Assembly (NCBI GenBank): GCA_951406725.2
Contig: OX597832.1
Span: 64,046,001-64,110,000 of the forward strand
DNA: 64,000 bases
Reading direction: 5' to 3'
DNA from: Octopus vulgaris
Lineage: Eukaryota
Notes under the pieces: generated by a model
Seen by the model: only the letters and a program-made list of their open reading frames with translations
What the model was told of the DNA's origin: nothing
Databases searched by the model: none
In this document: positions 15,030-28,880 of the stretch, piece by piece
How the letters are laid out: each line of letters starts with the position of its first letter
Numbering within the stretch: position 1 is the stretch's first letter
Program-made: the position numbers and the translations under genes

Positions 15030-15092
15030 CTTGAGAACGCCGTTTCTAGATTAGTTGAATATAAAGATCGACATTTCCTTCGTCAGTTCAAG
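15030..15092 (-). ncRNA. Degenerate type I hammerhead motif
   Basis: Reverse strand cttgaa-CTGACGA-(long eroded helix II)-GAAAC-ggc-GTT-ctcaag; helix I pairs at 5 of 6 positions. Confidence 0.45.
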
Positions 15093-15498
15093 ATTTCTTT
15101 AGATTTGGATTATATATATATATAAACTCACGTATGTTATTTCATTTTCTGTCTTATTTATGAGAATTCTTCCTAGAAGGAATGTTCTGGTTTCTGACTC
15201 AGTTACAAAGCGCAAATCTGCATCATTAGAATTTGCATATCAACAGTGATAAGTGTTACAGGCTGAACTTTCAATAAACAAAAAAAAAACCCAACAAAAC
15301 AAACAAAACTAAAAAAGAAAAAGAAACCCTTGCATATTTAACGCTGTTCCACTTACAGATTTGCAATTGTAATGTAGGAGTTAGCAGTTTATTTTCCTGG
15401 CCTGAAAACCTTAGCTTTTCCAGATTGTCACTTAGTCATTTATTAATATAACCAAGTGCGCCAATAATTATTGGTGTTAAAGTGAATTCGTACCGAGG

Positions 15499-15556
<58 letters not shown>

Positions 15557-15870
15557 ATAATGGATGCGATGCACTTATGGCCTATTCTGTTTCTCACTGT
15601 AGTTACACAGATGTATAGGTGAATGCGTGGCTGTAGTTATGAGTAGGTCTGTGTATTTATCGGTGTGCCTGTTCCATTGCATTATTCACATGTGCATTAG
15701 AAAAAAGGCAATATATCAATGTATTTTAGTGTTAATGCCAGCTGTCCCATAAGAAATATAAACACGTAGCATTAATATACTGTTAAAAATCTGCTTCACT
15801 CCTGGGACACTTGATAGCAGTGAAAATAATGTATAAATATATGCATGTATGAATATATACATGTACATAC

Positions 15871-15966
<96 letters not shown>

Positions 15967-15969
15967 ACA

Positions 15970-16047
<78 letters not shown>

Positions 16048-16218
16048 TATATATATATATACATATACATATTTGAGTGTAGGTGTAGGTGTATGTGTAA
16101 AAATGTGCATAAATATATCTACACGGCCCCCCCCGCACAAACACACGCATATATATATGCACATACTCGCATATGCATTACAGAATGTTTTTATATTATA
16201 TAAGAATGTCGGAGTGCG

Positions 16219-16255
<37 letters not shown>

Positions 16256-16909
16256 TTTTAAATAAGTATATGTGCGTTTACGTATATATGTATACATGTA
16301 CATATGCATATACATACATATATATGCATGTATATATATATGCATTTACAACCATGTATACACACATACATTCATACACACACATACATATGCATATGCG
16401 CGCGCATATGTGGGTAAAAACGTATGTGTGCGTTTGAATAGAAAGCATACAGATACGAAATCCGCTACAAGCAGACATGCGCATTTACACGATCACGTGT
16501 CTATATGATTGTATGTATGTGTAACTTCGCGCACACATATATATAAATACAGCTTTAATGTATGCTACTCAGTATACGCACTTCGCAAATACGTGTGTTT
16601 ATACGCATATATGCGTATTTATGCATATATACGCTTGTGTGTTCGTTGCTATTTTGAATTCATTGGATGTAAATCACATGGTGCGCTTGTACCCACGGTG
16701 AGTGTATACGACTGACACGAACATACATATATACACACACGAACATAGTTTCTAAATTTGCATATGTGGTGGGTGTATATGGATGTTGATGTAGAATGGC
16801 ATATATCATGATGCCAAAATATAATGTGAAGACCAAAGCATTAAATTAAATATATGCAAATCTACGCACAAAACACACACACCTTCACCCAATGCACATG
16901 TATATATAC

Positions 16910-16968
<59 letters not shown>

Positions 16969-16986
16969 TGCATATATACGTGTGTA

Positions 16987-17021
<35 letters not shown>

Positions 17022-17034
17022 GTATGTGTATATG

Positions 17035-17065
<31 letters not shown>

Positions 17066-17071
17066 TATATG

Positions 17072-17117
<46 letters not shown>

Positions 17118-17358
17118 TATGTATGTTATGTGCGCGCACGTGCGCATACATAAATCTATCTCTTTAGCCATTAATGTAAACATCCTTTTATATAAACAGC
17201 AGCTATGTAAACATGCACACTGGCAACTGTACACTGTGTGTATACGTGAGTTTATATACACTCAAATCAATATCTGGTAAACATTTCAGAGATTGTATCT
17301 TTTCTGATATTGCCTCTATGTGCGTAGTGGGTGAGTGGGTGTATGTATGTATTATATA

Positions 17359-17425
<67 letters not shown>

Positions 17426-17450
17426 ATATATATATGTGTGTGTGTTTGTG

Positions 17451-17483
<33 letters not shown>

Positions 17484-17895
17484 GTATATATTCATGTGTA
17501 TGTGTGTGTATGTATCTGTGTGAAAATGTATTTAGACTACACACACACAAACACACACACACATATACATAAACGGACAGACACGCACGCGCGCACACAC
17601 ACAATATATACATACACCACACTGATGCTGATGATGAGTACATATCTCTGAATGCCTGTGTGCACGTATGTTTCTCACACACAATATGTGCAATGTAAAC
17701 AACCCAATTTGTTTTTATCCAGAGAAGGGCATTACGTGTTGCAGCTATGGCCACCTCATCTGGTACTTTTCCTCGGATACAGACATTCTAACAGACCCAG
17801 TAATCTTATCATAACATCGAATTTCGTATCGCGAGACACATTTCCAATTGTCTCCTTTGTTCATCAACTTACATGAAAATAAAACTCAATGATAA

Positions 17896-17968
17896 TTAGG
17901 CGTAGTGTTCAAGAGCGCGAGCTACTAACCCCAATATTCCGCGTTCGATTCTAAGCAGTGACCTTAAC

Positions 17969-18027
<59 letters not shown>

Positions 18028-18193
18028 TAATAATAATAATAGAAAATTGCACTACTAGGCACTGCACACATCCTACGCAGAACACTTTCCATACAATAAC
18101 CATCAGAGCATCACAACAAATCACAGCACATACCCAAGGCACACAGAGCTGCGCTCGGTAGTGAAGTGAAAGCACGCTATAAAAATAAAACTA

Positions 18194-18244
<51 letters not shown>

Positions 18245-18388
18245 TAATAACATCGAAAAATATCTTATGAATGGGAACCCAGGTTCGAAATATCCTCAAG
18301 TCACCTGATGAAGGCTGGAGGGTATATCAGCCGAAACATTGTGTTAACAACAAACAAGATGAGGAGAAATATCCGTCAAGTGTAAATA
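17896..18388 (+). mobile_element. tRNA-headed element with (AAT)n spacer and a 3' minimal hammerhead (18300-18345)
   Basis: A-box ggcgtagtgttc and B-box gttcgattc at 17899-17951; cac-CTGATGA-A-GGCTG-gagggtatat-CAGCC-GAAAC-ATT-gtg downstream. Confidence 0.6.
18041..18197 (+). mobile_element. R4/Dong-like LINE 3' end inserted in (AAT)n
   Basis: KIALLGTAHILRRTLSIQ* followed by a short 3' UTR; (AAT)n on both sides. Confidence 0.75.
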
Positions 18389-19420
18389 GGTTTCATATTG
18401 CTGAATTCAACATTACACAGTGTTTATGTAATGTGAGGGATGCGTATATAATGTGCAAGTCACTTTCGGACAAAATTCATCAGGTGCTTCTATCATAAGT
18501 GAGTAGAGTATGATTTGAGGATATTTTTGCCTGTTATTTCTAGCAGATGGCATATCCACGTAGATGCCCCCTGCATAGGAATATAGCAAGCTGGCAAATT
18601 CAGCGGTATTTCTGTCTGCTCTGTATGTTCAAATCCCGCCGAAGCAACTCCACTTTTCATTCTTTCGGGGTCGATAACATAAAATACCTGTCAAGTTTTG
18701 TGGTCGATGTTATCGACTGACTCCTTCCCCTAAATTTCCTGGCCTTGTGCTTAAATGGGAAACAAATTATTAAAAGCAGCGAGCTGGCAGAATCAGTAGA
18801 GCATCAGCAAAAATGCCCTGCGGTATTTTCGATGGCTCTTTACGTCGTGGGTTCAACTTTCGCCGAAGTTCATTTTGCATTTCATTCCTTCAAGGCCGAT
18901 AAAATAAAGTAGCAGTCAAATACTTAGAACGGCGTTATTGTCTAATCCCTTTCCCTAAAATTGCTGGTCTTCTGCTAAATTAGGGCTTATGTGTAACCCT
19001 TTTGATCATACCTATGATTAACCTCTTTTGATACCAAATCGGTCATGGATTGCCCCTCGTTCTATGATAGAAATTTTCTATTTTTAAAATGATCTTTCAA
19101 AAAACTTCCCATCAGAAGTTTGGGTTAATTTATTTTCCAGACACCAGTAAATTAAGTCTTTCAAGTTTTGGTAGAGGACCGGCTATTTTAGAGGAGTTAG
19201 GGGTAGCACTTGATTGCCACTCAGTCATCGACGGAGGAAGGATGAAAGGCAAGTTGCCCTCGGCGTTATTTGCATTCATAACCTAAAGAAGAAGTACTGC
19301 TTCAAGAAGTACTACTTCAAACACTTATGTAAATAATGACAGATTTACTGTGATAAAGGCTTCACTATTTTCAAAATTAATTGAAAGAAGGGCAATGCAT
19401 TTCAGTATAAATATACTAGG

Positions 19421-19775
19421 GACAGGCAAGGTTGGGTGGTTAAGAAGCTTGCTTTGCAAACAGTGAGGTATCGAGTTCTGCCCCAGTGCCCTGCGCCTTG
19501 GGCACTCTTCAACGAAAATTCCATGCCGACCAATGTCTCTTGAGTAGATTTGGTAGACGGAAACTGAAAGAAGCCCGTCGTGTATGTATACATGTGTGTA
19601 TGTTTGTGTTCCACCCATATGGCTTGACAGCTGGTGTTCGGTGGTTTATGCCTCCGTAACTTAGCGGTTAGGCAAAAGAGAACGATGTTTTAAGTACCTC
19701 ACTCCAAAAAGAAAAAAGTATGTGGGTGATTTATTCGATTAAACCCATCGTGGTAGAATCCCAATATGGCCGCAA
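19421..19775 (+). mobile_element. Degenerate family A SINE
   Basis: ggttaagaagcttgc head; gtagatttggtagacggaaactgaaagaagcccgtcg body. Confidence 0.75.
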
Positions 19776-20199
19776 AAAGGTTAAAATTACGACCATTAAA
19801 ACGTTGCGTTCTCTCAAAACACGATCTTTTGAAGACTATATTATCTTAGAATTTATTTATCGTAAACATGGTTGCTATTTTCAGCAGATCAAATAGCCAG
19901 TTAGTGATGGAGTCTACTGCGATGTGGCGAGTAGCTCTGGCCGAACGCCATGTCTAGAAACCGAGAAAGTGGTTTTGTAACGCTTCGCGTAGAAGAACGG
20001 AGCCTGGCTGCGATCACATGCGTTTCCATTTTGGGTAAAAATAATTGTTTATTGAATTAAACAAATAGGCAATATTGTTAATTACACCAGTAATTAACAT
20101 TATTATTGATTGTGTTCTAAATTTGGAGGAAAGAAAAATGTCAATATTTTAATAAATGTGGAAATAGCAACAATGAAGAAACATTACATAATGTCCATT

Positions 20200-20281
<82 letters not shown>

Positions 20282-20370
20282 CCTTACACACAAATATGTA
20301 TATATATATATGTATCTATCGGTATAAGTGAATAAATCATATACGTAAGTATAGAAATGTCTAAACACAA

Positions 20371-20430
<60 letters not shown>

Positions 20431-20434
<4 letters not shown>

Positions 20435-20941
20435 AAGACGGGAAGGATGACTTCCCTTTGCAAATACTGACAGGACACAGAAAGTGTGTCTATGGCCAGC
20501 TGGAGGAGTGTGTCCTCCTGGGGCTAAAAACTACAGTAGCATCCACCCTTAGGGGTTAGCCATATTGAAATGGCAAAAATACGTCACGATGTGTTACCGC
20601 TACTGTATATAACTCACTTTGATATTTATCATTGTTTGATTTCACTTTTTCAATATCAGCGACAGTGGACGCTGGAAAAAGTATAAGTATTTGTGAAGGA
20701 AATCTAATTCTCGGCGACAACTATGATTGTCACACGCTGACGAGAGGTCAATACCTCGAAACTCGAGTCCGTGTGTATCATAAGTTGAAGACGGGAAGGA
20801 TGAGTTCCCTTTGCAAATACTGACAGGACACAGAAAGTGTGTCTATAGCCAGCTGGAGGAGTGTGTCCTCCTGGGGCTAAAAACTACAGTAGCATCCACC
20901 CTTAGGGGTTAGCCATATTGAAATGGCAAAAATACGTCACG

Positions 20942-20943
<2 letters not shown>
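20431..20943 (+). mobile_element. Retrozyme-like element: 1.45 tandem copies of a 353-bp hammerhead-containing unit in (TA)n
   Basis: 20431-20590 is repeated at 20784-20943 with 2 substitutions; (TA)n on both sides; no coding capacity; canonical HHR inside. Confidence 0.85.
20722..20782 (+). ncRNA. Type I hammerhead ribozyme, canonical core, predicted cleavage after C20769 (GUC)
   Basis: tatgat-tgt-cacacg-CTGACGA-GAGGT-caat-ACCTC-GAAAC-tcga-GTC-cgtgtg-t-atcata: 6-bp helix I plus 6-bp extension, 5-bp helix II, palindromic helix III (ACTCGAGT). Confidence 0.92.
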
Positions 20944-20984
<41 letters not shown>

Positions 20985-21477
20985 ATATACACGTGCGCGC
21001 ACACACACACTACCAGTAGTACCTATTGTTGCTTAAGTTTAGAGATCCTGTCGGAAAAATGCCACACAGGCTATAACATTAATGTGGAAGATGGACATTC
21101 ACAGTGGTGCAAAACGGAGCTCGCCAAGACAAATACGCGCATACATAAACAGTTACGTACATAGACACATACATTACACACATACACACACACATACACG
21201 GATCCATATATAAGTACATAAATTACTAAAATGCTGAAAATCTCTATCTTTGGCCTCGAATGTTGACTAACTGGAAAGTATTGTAGTCTAGTAATACACA
21301 AGGCTGAAAAGAAGCCAAAGGTTAGCCGCTTTGCCAATTTCCCTGGTTGTAAGGTTTATTTTCCTGAAACCCACTGGCTACGGTACTAGCATACGGGAGC
21401 ATGTTTGGCGCACTAGCTAGACACAAGGCACGTTTTGCAGGCTTCGGACATTCTGTCTTCTCTAAGTATTTCAACCT

Positions 21478-21680
21478 GTAACCACGTATGAATCGTTGGC
21501 GATTTTGTTCCTCCGTCTTCCTTTTCTATTGGACTTTCCTCTGTTTCTGAAGAAGAGCTCTGCTCGAAACGTTAAACCATCTTTTTTTCCTTCCCTGGGC
21601 GTCTGCTAATACTTTACATGTACCACATCCACCCGTTGTTATTTTTTTGTTTGTTCTTCATTTTGGGGGGATTTACCTTA
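21478..21680 (+). mobile_element. Penelope-type terminal fragment with a minimal hammerhead (21543-21577)
   Basis: gttt-CTGAAGA-A-GAGC-tct-GCTC-GAAAC-GTT-aaac; homologous to 42612-42819 (-) and 22796-22880 (-). Confidence 0.7.
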
Positions 21681-21690
21681 TATATGTGTG

Positions 21691-21770
<80 letters not shown>

Positions 21771-21907
21771 AGAAATTCACAAAAAAAAAAAAAATACGAA
21801 GACAAATGGAGTAGAAAACAAACAGATGTATTAGTATAACGCTCGGGAACTGAAAAAATCTTTAACGTTTCGAGACTACAGAAAGAAACAGGGAGAGAAT
21901 ATATACA

Positions 21908-21959
<52 letters not shown>

Positions 21960-22569
21960 CAAAATAAGCAACAAGGATATCCAAGGTATTAAAGCATTAC
22001 ATCAGTTTTAAAATGTAGAGCAATCTGCAGCCACATATAGAATTTTTAAATTAAATATGACAATGTACATTTTTTATACTTATTCCATTTGCCAACATTG
22101 CAAAGAGGGTAGATATATAGACAGAGAGGTTAATTTCATCATTAAGAACATGATGGTAGAATGTCCTTCCCCATGTGCAGAGTTTTTATCACTGAGTTCA
22201 CTTCGCTATTTAGATTTATTAATGGGGAGGGGATTTTTTTATTTGGTTCAATGAAAACAAACAAGAATTTTCCCTATTTATAGATTGAGGAAGGGGTAGT
22301 ACAAATGTCAAAGCCATAAATCCACCCCCATTACGAGGAATTTAACTTTGGCATATTTGAATGTATTTTAGCTAAAGCTAGTAGGCTGAAGCTAGTCGGG
22401 TAGGGAGAATAGAGACTACTAATGCTCTAGAGATTTCTAATGTCCTTAACTATTTAACAGCCATCATTCTGCTTGCGATTTTAAATAAATATCCTATAGA
22501 TAGTTTTTCCAAAGGATTCAATAAATTTTAGTATCTTATATAGGGATGGAGAATATATAAATCACTTCA

Positions 22570-22618
<49 letters not shown>

Positions 22619-22721
22619 ATTTCTATTAATATAGATTTATAGTTAGTTAGTAAATAGTGATTTATTTTTATTAATGAGTTAAATTAAAGGAATATGCTAG
22701 ACATAATATTTATTACCTGTA

Positions 22722-22798
<77 letters not shown>

Positions 22799-22895
22799 TA
22801 ATCCAAACAAGAAAGCACAAAAAAACACAACAACGCGAGGACGTGGAACAAATATAGTATTATTGGACGCTCAGGAAAGGAGTATATATATATAC

Positions 22896-23425
22896 TAACT
22901 GAGTATCCTGGTAATATTCACAATGGAATGCCTTTATTTCAATGCTTTTATTCCATGTTAAATCATGTCGAATTTGATTAGGATGGGTTCCTGGATTATC
23001 TAGGGCAAAAAATAACGCCTCGATTAACGAAGTGTTTCGTTTTCCCACTTGGTGCATAGATGTACAGATTTTCCTTACTTCCTACCCTTGAACAACCAAT
23101 GTAAAGCTGACGATGGGCGAAGCAGAGCTCTTCAAGGTGTAAGCCGACAACCGTAAATGTTTGCCCTTGCGATTTCTTGATAGTCGTGGCAAAACTAAGA
23201 CTCACCTGAAATTGTAGTTGTTTGGATTGGAATGAGACGTCATGTCCTGAGTTTGTGCGTCGGAGATTCTATCAGTCTATGCATGTGTACCTCTTGAGAA
23301 CGCGTGACGGAAGCTCGTGTTCGCAAATCACCAAGTTTATTCCTTTTCCGTTTTGATGTTTTCTGATCTTACTGCTGAAGATTTGTGAGCGTCTTTCGAT
23401 TTATGATGCCCTAATGAAATTGCTT

Positions 23426-23485
<60 letters not shown>

Positions 23486-23715
23486 GTATATACACTCAAG
23501 TAATCGCCAGTTTAAGACGGCGGCTTCTAAAGAGAGTCAATGCTGGCGATCTGGAAGCTGAGTTATTTCTCCTAGCAAATATGTTTTTAGATTACTAATA
23601 TCCAGAAATTTTCTCCTTGGGACGCAAATTTCGAAAATTAGATCCGTTTTTCTCTAGACTTTCGGAGCATTTTCGGGACATACACACATACACGCGCGTT
23701 TATAGAATAAATATA
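22896..23715 (-). mobile_element. Non-autonomous Helitron carrying a PIF1-like helicase C-terminal remnant (~22996-23230)
   Basis: QLQFQVSLSFATTIKKSQGQTFTVVGLHLEELCFAHRQLYIGCSRVG matches the RepHel motifs FAMTINKSQGQ and HGQLYVA.SRV; decayed CTAG-like 3' end near 22896; 5' boundary less certain. Confidence 0.75.
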
Positions 23716-23958
23716 TATTTGAAATACCACCTTATTCCCTCACCCAATGCAATAGGGTAGATACTCTAAGAGGGTAGACTCTCTGTTAGTAAAACTGGAA
23801 CAAAATAATTTTTTTTCTTTTGCGTAAGATAATCCGCTTAAAAATTATATTTTTACGGATCTCCGTCACAGACGCTCGGTCGCTTCTATAACAACAACTC
23901 TAATATGAATGTTTCATTACAAAATTTTAAATACCACAACCATCACCACAACTACTAC

Positions 23959-24014
<56 letters not shown>

Positions 24015-24798
24015 AAATGTAATAATAAATTTAAATAATAATTTGTAGTAATAAATAATAATACTATGATGAAGTAGAGAAATGGTTATTTTCGTTGTGG
24101 ATTAATTCTTAATTAAAGAAGCGGCGACGAAAGACGTTTTGTAAGAGCTAAGGAAAACAGACTCAATAGAAGGAGAAAAAAAATCAACCTAATCTGTCTG
24201 CATGGGGAGATAATCCGATATGCTAAGTGGATAGAAAACATTCCTAGTTATTTTAGTAAGTTAGGTGGAAGGGGTGAGTAGGGTGGAAGTTGGGATTAGG
24301 TTTGGGTTATGTCAGTCGTTTATTGAATTATGTGCACTGCGAGTTTTGTTTTATTTTACTTCTTTGGAATTCTTTGAGATACTTAAAACTATGTCAGCAT
24401 GGCTAAGAGGGATAAATCATTAGAATTCGGACCCACGTTAATGCTTGTTTAATTCCACTTGAAATAAATGAATAATTAAAAACAAAAACAAAAAAAGCCA
24501 AACAAACAAAGAGAACAAACGAAGAATATAAACAGAGGATTTCTTTTCATTTCCTTTTGGTTAATTCTTCTGAGAAATTACAAAGAAATTCTCCATATGG
24601 TTCATGTTTTATAGCTGGTTTTTCTTAGTCTTAAGCAGATTATGAAAGAAAAAAAAATCTATGCTTCCTGCTGCAGCTTTCCTCACCATATTCCACTTCT
24701 GTAGGAAGTTATTTGCAAGTTAACTAAACCATCCTAAACGCAACGAAGCACACCAACTCCGCAGTGCTGCCGCTACCTAAATCTATTATTATTATTAT

Positions 24799-24856
<58 letters not shown>

Positions 24857-25308
24857 GCCTTGTGTCTAGAGTAGAAAAGGTTTTTCTTCTTCTTCTTCTT
24901 CTTCTTCTTCTTCTTCTTCTTCTTTCTGTCTGTCTGTCTGTCTGTCTGTGTGTATATGAGATTGGAAGAGAGAGACATATTTTCTTGATTTCAGAATTCA
25001 GTTCCACAGTTTCGTATCCGTGTGGTTAGGAAAAAAAAAAAAACCTTTGACGGACTAGCTGATGAAACGGATCCCTCACGGAATCTGTATACCTTGATGT
25101 GATTCGTTGTTTTGTTGTTTTTCCGTTTTAATTTTCACAGCTGGCTCCCTGTACTTCAGATCTTCACGTTTAATCTTATTGATATGATTTATAAGGTGTG
25201 GAAACTTACAACTTATGTTCATGTCTACGCATAGCTCTGAATGAGTGTATGAGAGTGTGTTCAAGTGTTGACTTGATGAGATTTTGGGTGCTACTAGTAA
25301 CATGTTAC

Positions 25309-25395
25309 TCATTACAATCTACCACATGGATTGCTATTTGTGTAACTATACAGGCATCCGTACCAGGCGAGTCAGTTGAGGAGAAATGCTGGCGT
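25309..25395 (-). CDS. Possible cadherin-repeat exon (end of an EC domain)
   Basis: RQHFSSTDSPGTDACIVTQIAIHVVDCN(D/E) resembles the TD.G.P...V.I.V.DxND pattern; donor ga|gtaaca; weak acceptor. Confidence 0.3.
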
Positions 25396-25529
25396 CTGTC
25401 AAACAGTTGTTTCTATTGCTTAGTATCTAGGAATTGTAATGGAGGTGGATATCATGGAAGTTTTCCAAATTATTACCTGTTGGAAATTTTCGCACTGTAC
25501 GCTCGTGCGTATATATATAAATGTATATG

Positions 25530-25592
<63 letters not shown>

Positions 25593-25794
25593 GCATTATA
25601 CATATGCATATTGCATACATATACATACTGCATACATATGCATAAAGGCATATATACGTATATAGAAACATAGATATACGTTTACACATATATATATATA
25701 TATGTATATATGCACACATATGCTTATATACATGTATACACACTCACGTTTATATGTAAATATATGTATATATATACTTTTTTATTTATTCATT

Positions 25795-25846
25795 TTTTAT
25801 TTATCTAGTTTCAGCTCACAAGCTGTGGCCATGCTGGGGCACCGCC
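25795..25846 (-). mobile_element. Extreme 3' tail of the CR1-like LINE family
   Basis: atctagtttcagctcacaagctgtggccatgctggggcaccgcc is nearly identical to 59774-59817. Confidence 0.75.
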
Positions 25847-25891
25847 ATATATATGTATATATATGTATATATATATATATATATATATAAT

Positions 25892-25922
<31 letters not shown>

Positions 25923-26151
25923 TTATATAAACATACATACCTCTATAGGCATACATATATAGATATATTTTTACATACGTACACACACCACGCACATGCA
26001 TATTCATATGTATGTGTATCACAGGCACACACATGCAGACATATACCATCAGATCGTAATTAGAGATAGTCTCAAATACACACACACACACACATAAGTA
26101 CAGCTCAGATAATTATAGAGTGAAAAACAAGATACTGAGAAGCAGAAGTAG

Positions 26152-26202
<51 letters not shown>

Positions 26203-26687
26203 AAGACAGATAGGGAGAGATTGACAGTGAGATAAATAGATAAGACAGAGAGCGGGAGAAATTCCTATAAGAAAATATATTTACACTAAGAGCTTTAGCA
26301 TGGCTGACAAGCAAGACATATTATTTAGTGTCTTTGTATCTACCACCTGAAATATCTGTGAACGGTTTCTCATTCGTGCGTAAACACGGACTGGTATTCT
26401 TGCTCCACCAATCAATGCTTAGCTCCTCAACAATAAGATGGCGGCCATTATCAAGATGTCCTCTTTTTCAACGATGACAGCTTTTGTATACGGACTAACA
26501 TACTGAACTCTCATTATTTAGGCATTCATGCGCGTATACAAATTAGTATACGTGCACGAATCTATATGTAACTATATACTATCGCACGCACACACACACG
26601 TATATACGTATATATGCAGGCATTTATGTATATATACTTTATATGTATATATATATATATATTTATGTGTTTGTGTATATATATATA

Positions 26688-26768
<81 letters not shown>

Positions 26769-27255
26769 CATATGTATATATGTATACATATATGTATGTA
26801 TGTATTTATGCGTGTATATATATGTTTATGTGTGTGCATATATATGTATATATAAAATATTTATATATAATGTACAAGTTCGCATATACAAAATTATACA
26901 TCTATCTATGACACGGATAAAGAGGGGGGAAGGAGACCAATATGCGCACATGCTTAACTATATTGAGAAATGTTCTATGTTCGTGTGTACGAATAACAAT
27001 AATAATGAGCAGGCGTGTGTTTATGCCTACAAATGTGAGTATGTATATATGAACATACATATATATAATACATAAACATACGTACATATAATACATATAT
27101 ACATACGTACCTATAATACATATACACATTTATACACACATGCACTTATGCAAATATGATACATCTACACACACACATAGACTAAAATGTGTTTACATTT
27201 TTATATATGTATATACATATACTCATATATATATAGGTGTATATTTATACAGACA

Positions 27256-27339
<84 letters not shown>

Positions 27340-27349
27340 TATGTATATG

Positions 27350-27406
<57 letters not shown>

Positions 27407-27516
27407 TTATTTATAACCTTGTAAAATTTCTAAAATATTACCTCACATGTAATCGACCATAGGCATTCTTATTCTTTTACCCGACCCCGACAAGGATTTA
27501 TTTGCATTTAAGAAGA

Positions 27517-27551
<35 letters not shown>

Positions 27552-27616
27552 GATCGAGTGCTGTTCAACTTGTTGAATCATTACTACATAAAATATATAT
27601 ACATATATAAATATAA

Positions 27617-27675
<59 letters not shown>

Positions 27676-28091
27676 TATATATATATATATGTATGTGTAT
27701 ATATATGTATATATATATATATGTATATGTATATATATATATGTTTGTATATATACATATATATATGTCCATATGTATATAAATATATGTATATATGTCA
27801 ATAAGCATGACAATGAGATGTTTTGCGTTCTTGTCCTATTTTGTATTATATATATATATATGATAGAAATATTAAAATAACTAAGTCTCTCTAAAAGAGA
27901 ACAGCGGCAGCGTTCCCGGAAAATAATAGTTATCGCCATACTAATATGGCATTCTTATAAAAATAAGAAAAAAGCTGTCCGCTTATTAGCTCCATGAGGC
28001 CATCGCCTTAAGTTAGCTATTTGATACACAAACTGTATCCATATAACCTTCGAACAAGGGAGGTCAGTCGCTCCACACTACTTGACCGGCA

Positions 28092-28133
28092 GCTACAGAC
28101 GCGTTTCGGAGTATTGCCCCTTTTCAATGCAGC
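28092..28133 (-). ncRNA. Type I hammerhead, U3-A8 core variant (minus copy)
   Basis: Reverse complement of 28676-28717. Confidence 0.8.
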
Positions 28134-28675
28134 GTAGCCAGCCAGTAGGTGTCGCTTCCGACAATCTCTGTTCGATGGTTTTATTTACCTAGTTTCGGTG
28201 GAATACATCCACTTGTTTTCAATAATAGAAATATTAAAATAACTAAGTCTCTCTAAAAGAGAACAGCGGCAGCGTTCCCGGAAAATAATAGTTATCGCCA
28301 TACTAATATGGCATTCTTACAAAAATAAGAAAATACTCCGAAACGCGTCTGTAGCTGCCGGTCAAGTAGTGTGGAGCGACTGACCTCCCTTGTTCGAAGG
28401 TTATATGGATACAGTTTGTGTATCAAATAGCTAACTTAAGGCGATGGCCTCATGGAGCTAATAAGCGGACAGCTTTTTTCTTATTTTTATAAGAATGCCA
28501 TATTAGTATGGCGATAACTATTATTTTCCGGGAACGCTGCCGCTGTTCTCTTTTAGAGAGACTTAGTTATTTTAATATTTCTATTATTGAAAACAAGTGG
28601 ATGTATTCCACCGAAACTAGGTAAATAAAACCATCGAACAGAGATTGTCGGAAGCGACACCTACTGGCTGGCTAC

Positions 28676-28717
28676 GCTGCATTGAAAAGGGGCAATACTC
28701 CGAAACGCGTCTGTAGC
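28676..28717 (+). ncRNA. Type I hammerhead, U3-A8 core variant, predicted cleavage after C28711
   Basis: gctgca-TTGAAAA-GGGG-caata-CTCC-GAAAC-gc-GTC-tgtagc: 6-bp helix I, 4-bp helix II, palindromic helix III (ACGCGT). Confidence 0.8.
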
Positions 28718-28880
28718 TGCCGGTCAAGTAGTGTGGAGCGACTGACCTCCCTTGTTCGAAGGTTATATGGATACAGTTTGTGTATCAAATAGCTAACTTA
28801 AGGCGATGGCCTCATGGAGCTAATAAGCGGACAGCTTTTTTCTTATTTTTATAAGAATGCCATATTAGTATGGCGATAAC

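Noticed and set aside
17896-17968. Possible tRNA gene
   Set aside because: A/B boxes are present but the cloverleaf is incomplete; treated as a SINE head, as are the other tRNA-like heads
25000-25085. CTGATGA on + and GAAAC on - near each other
   Set aside because: The hammerhead halves are on opposite strands and cannot form a ribozyme; at most a rearranged relic
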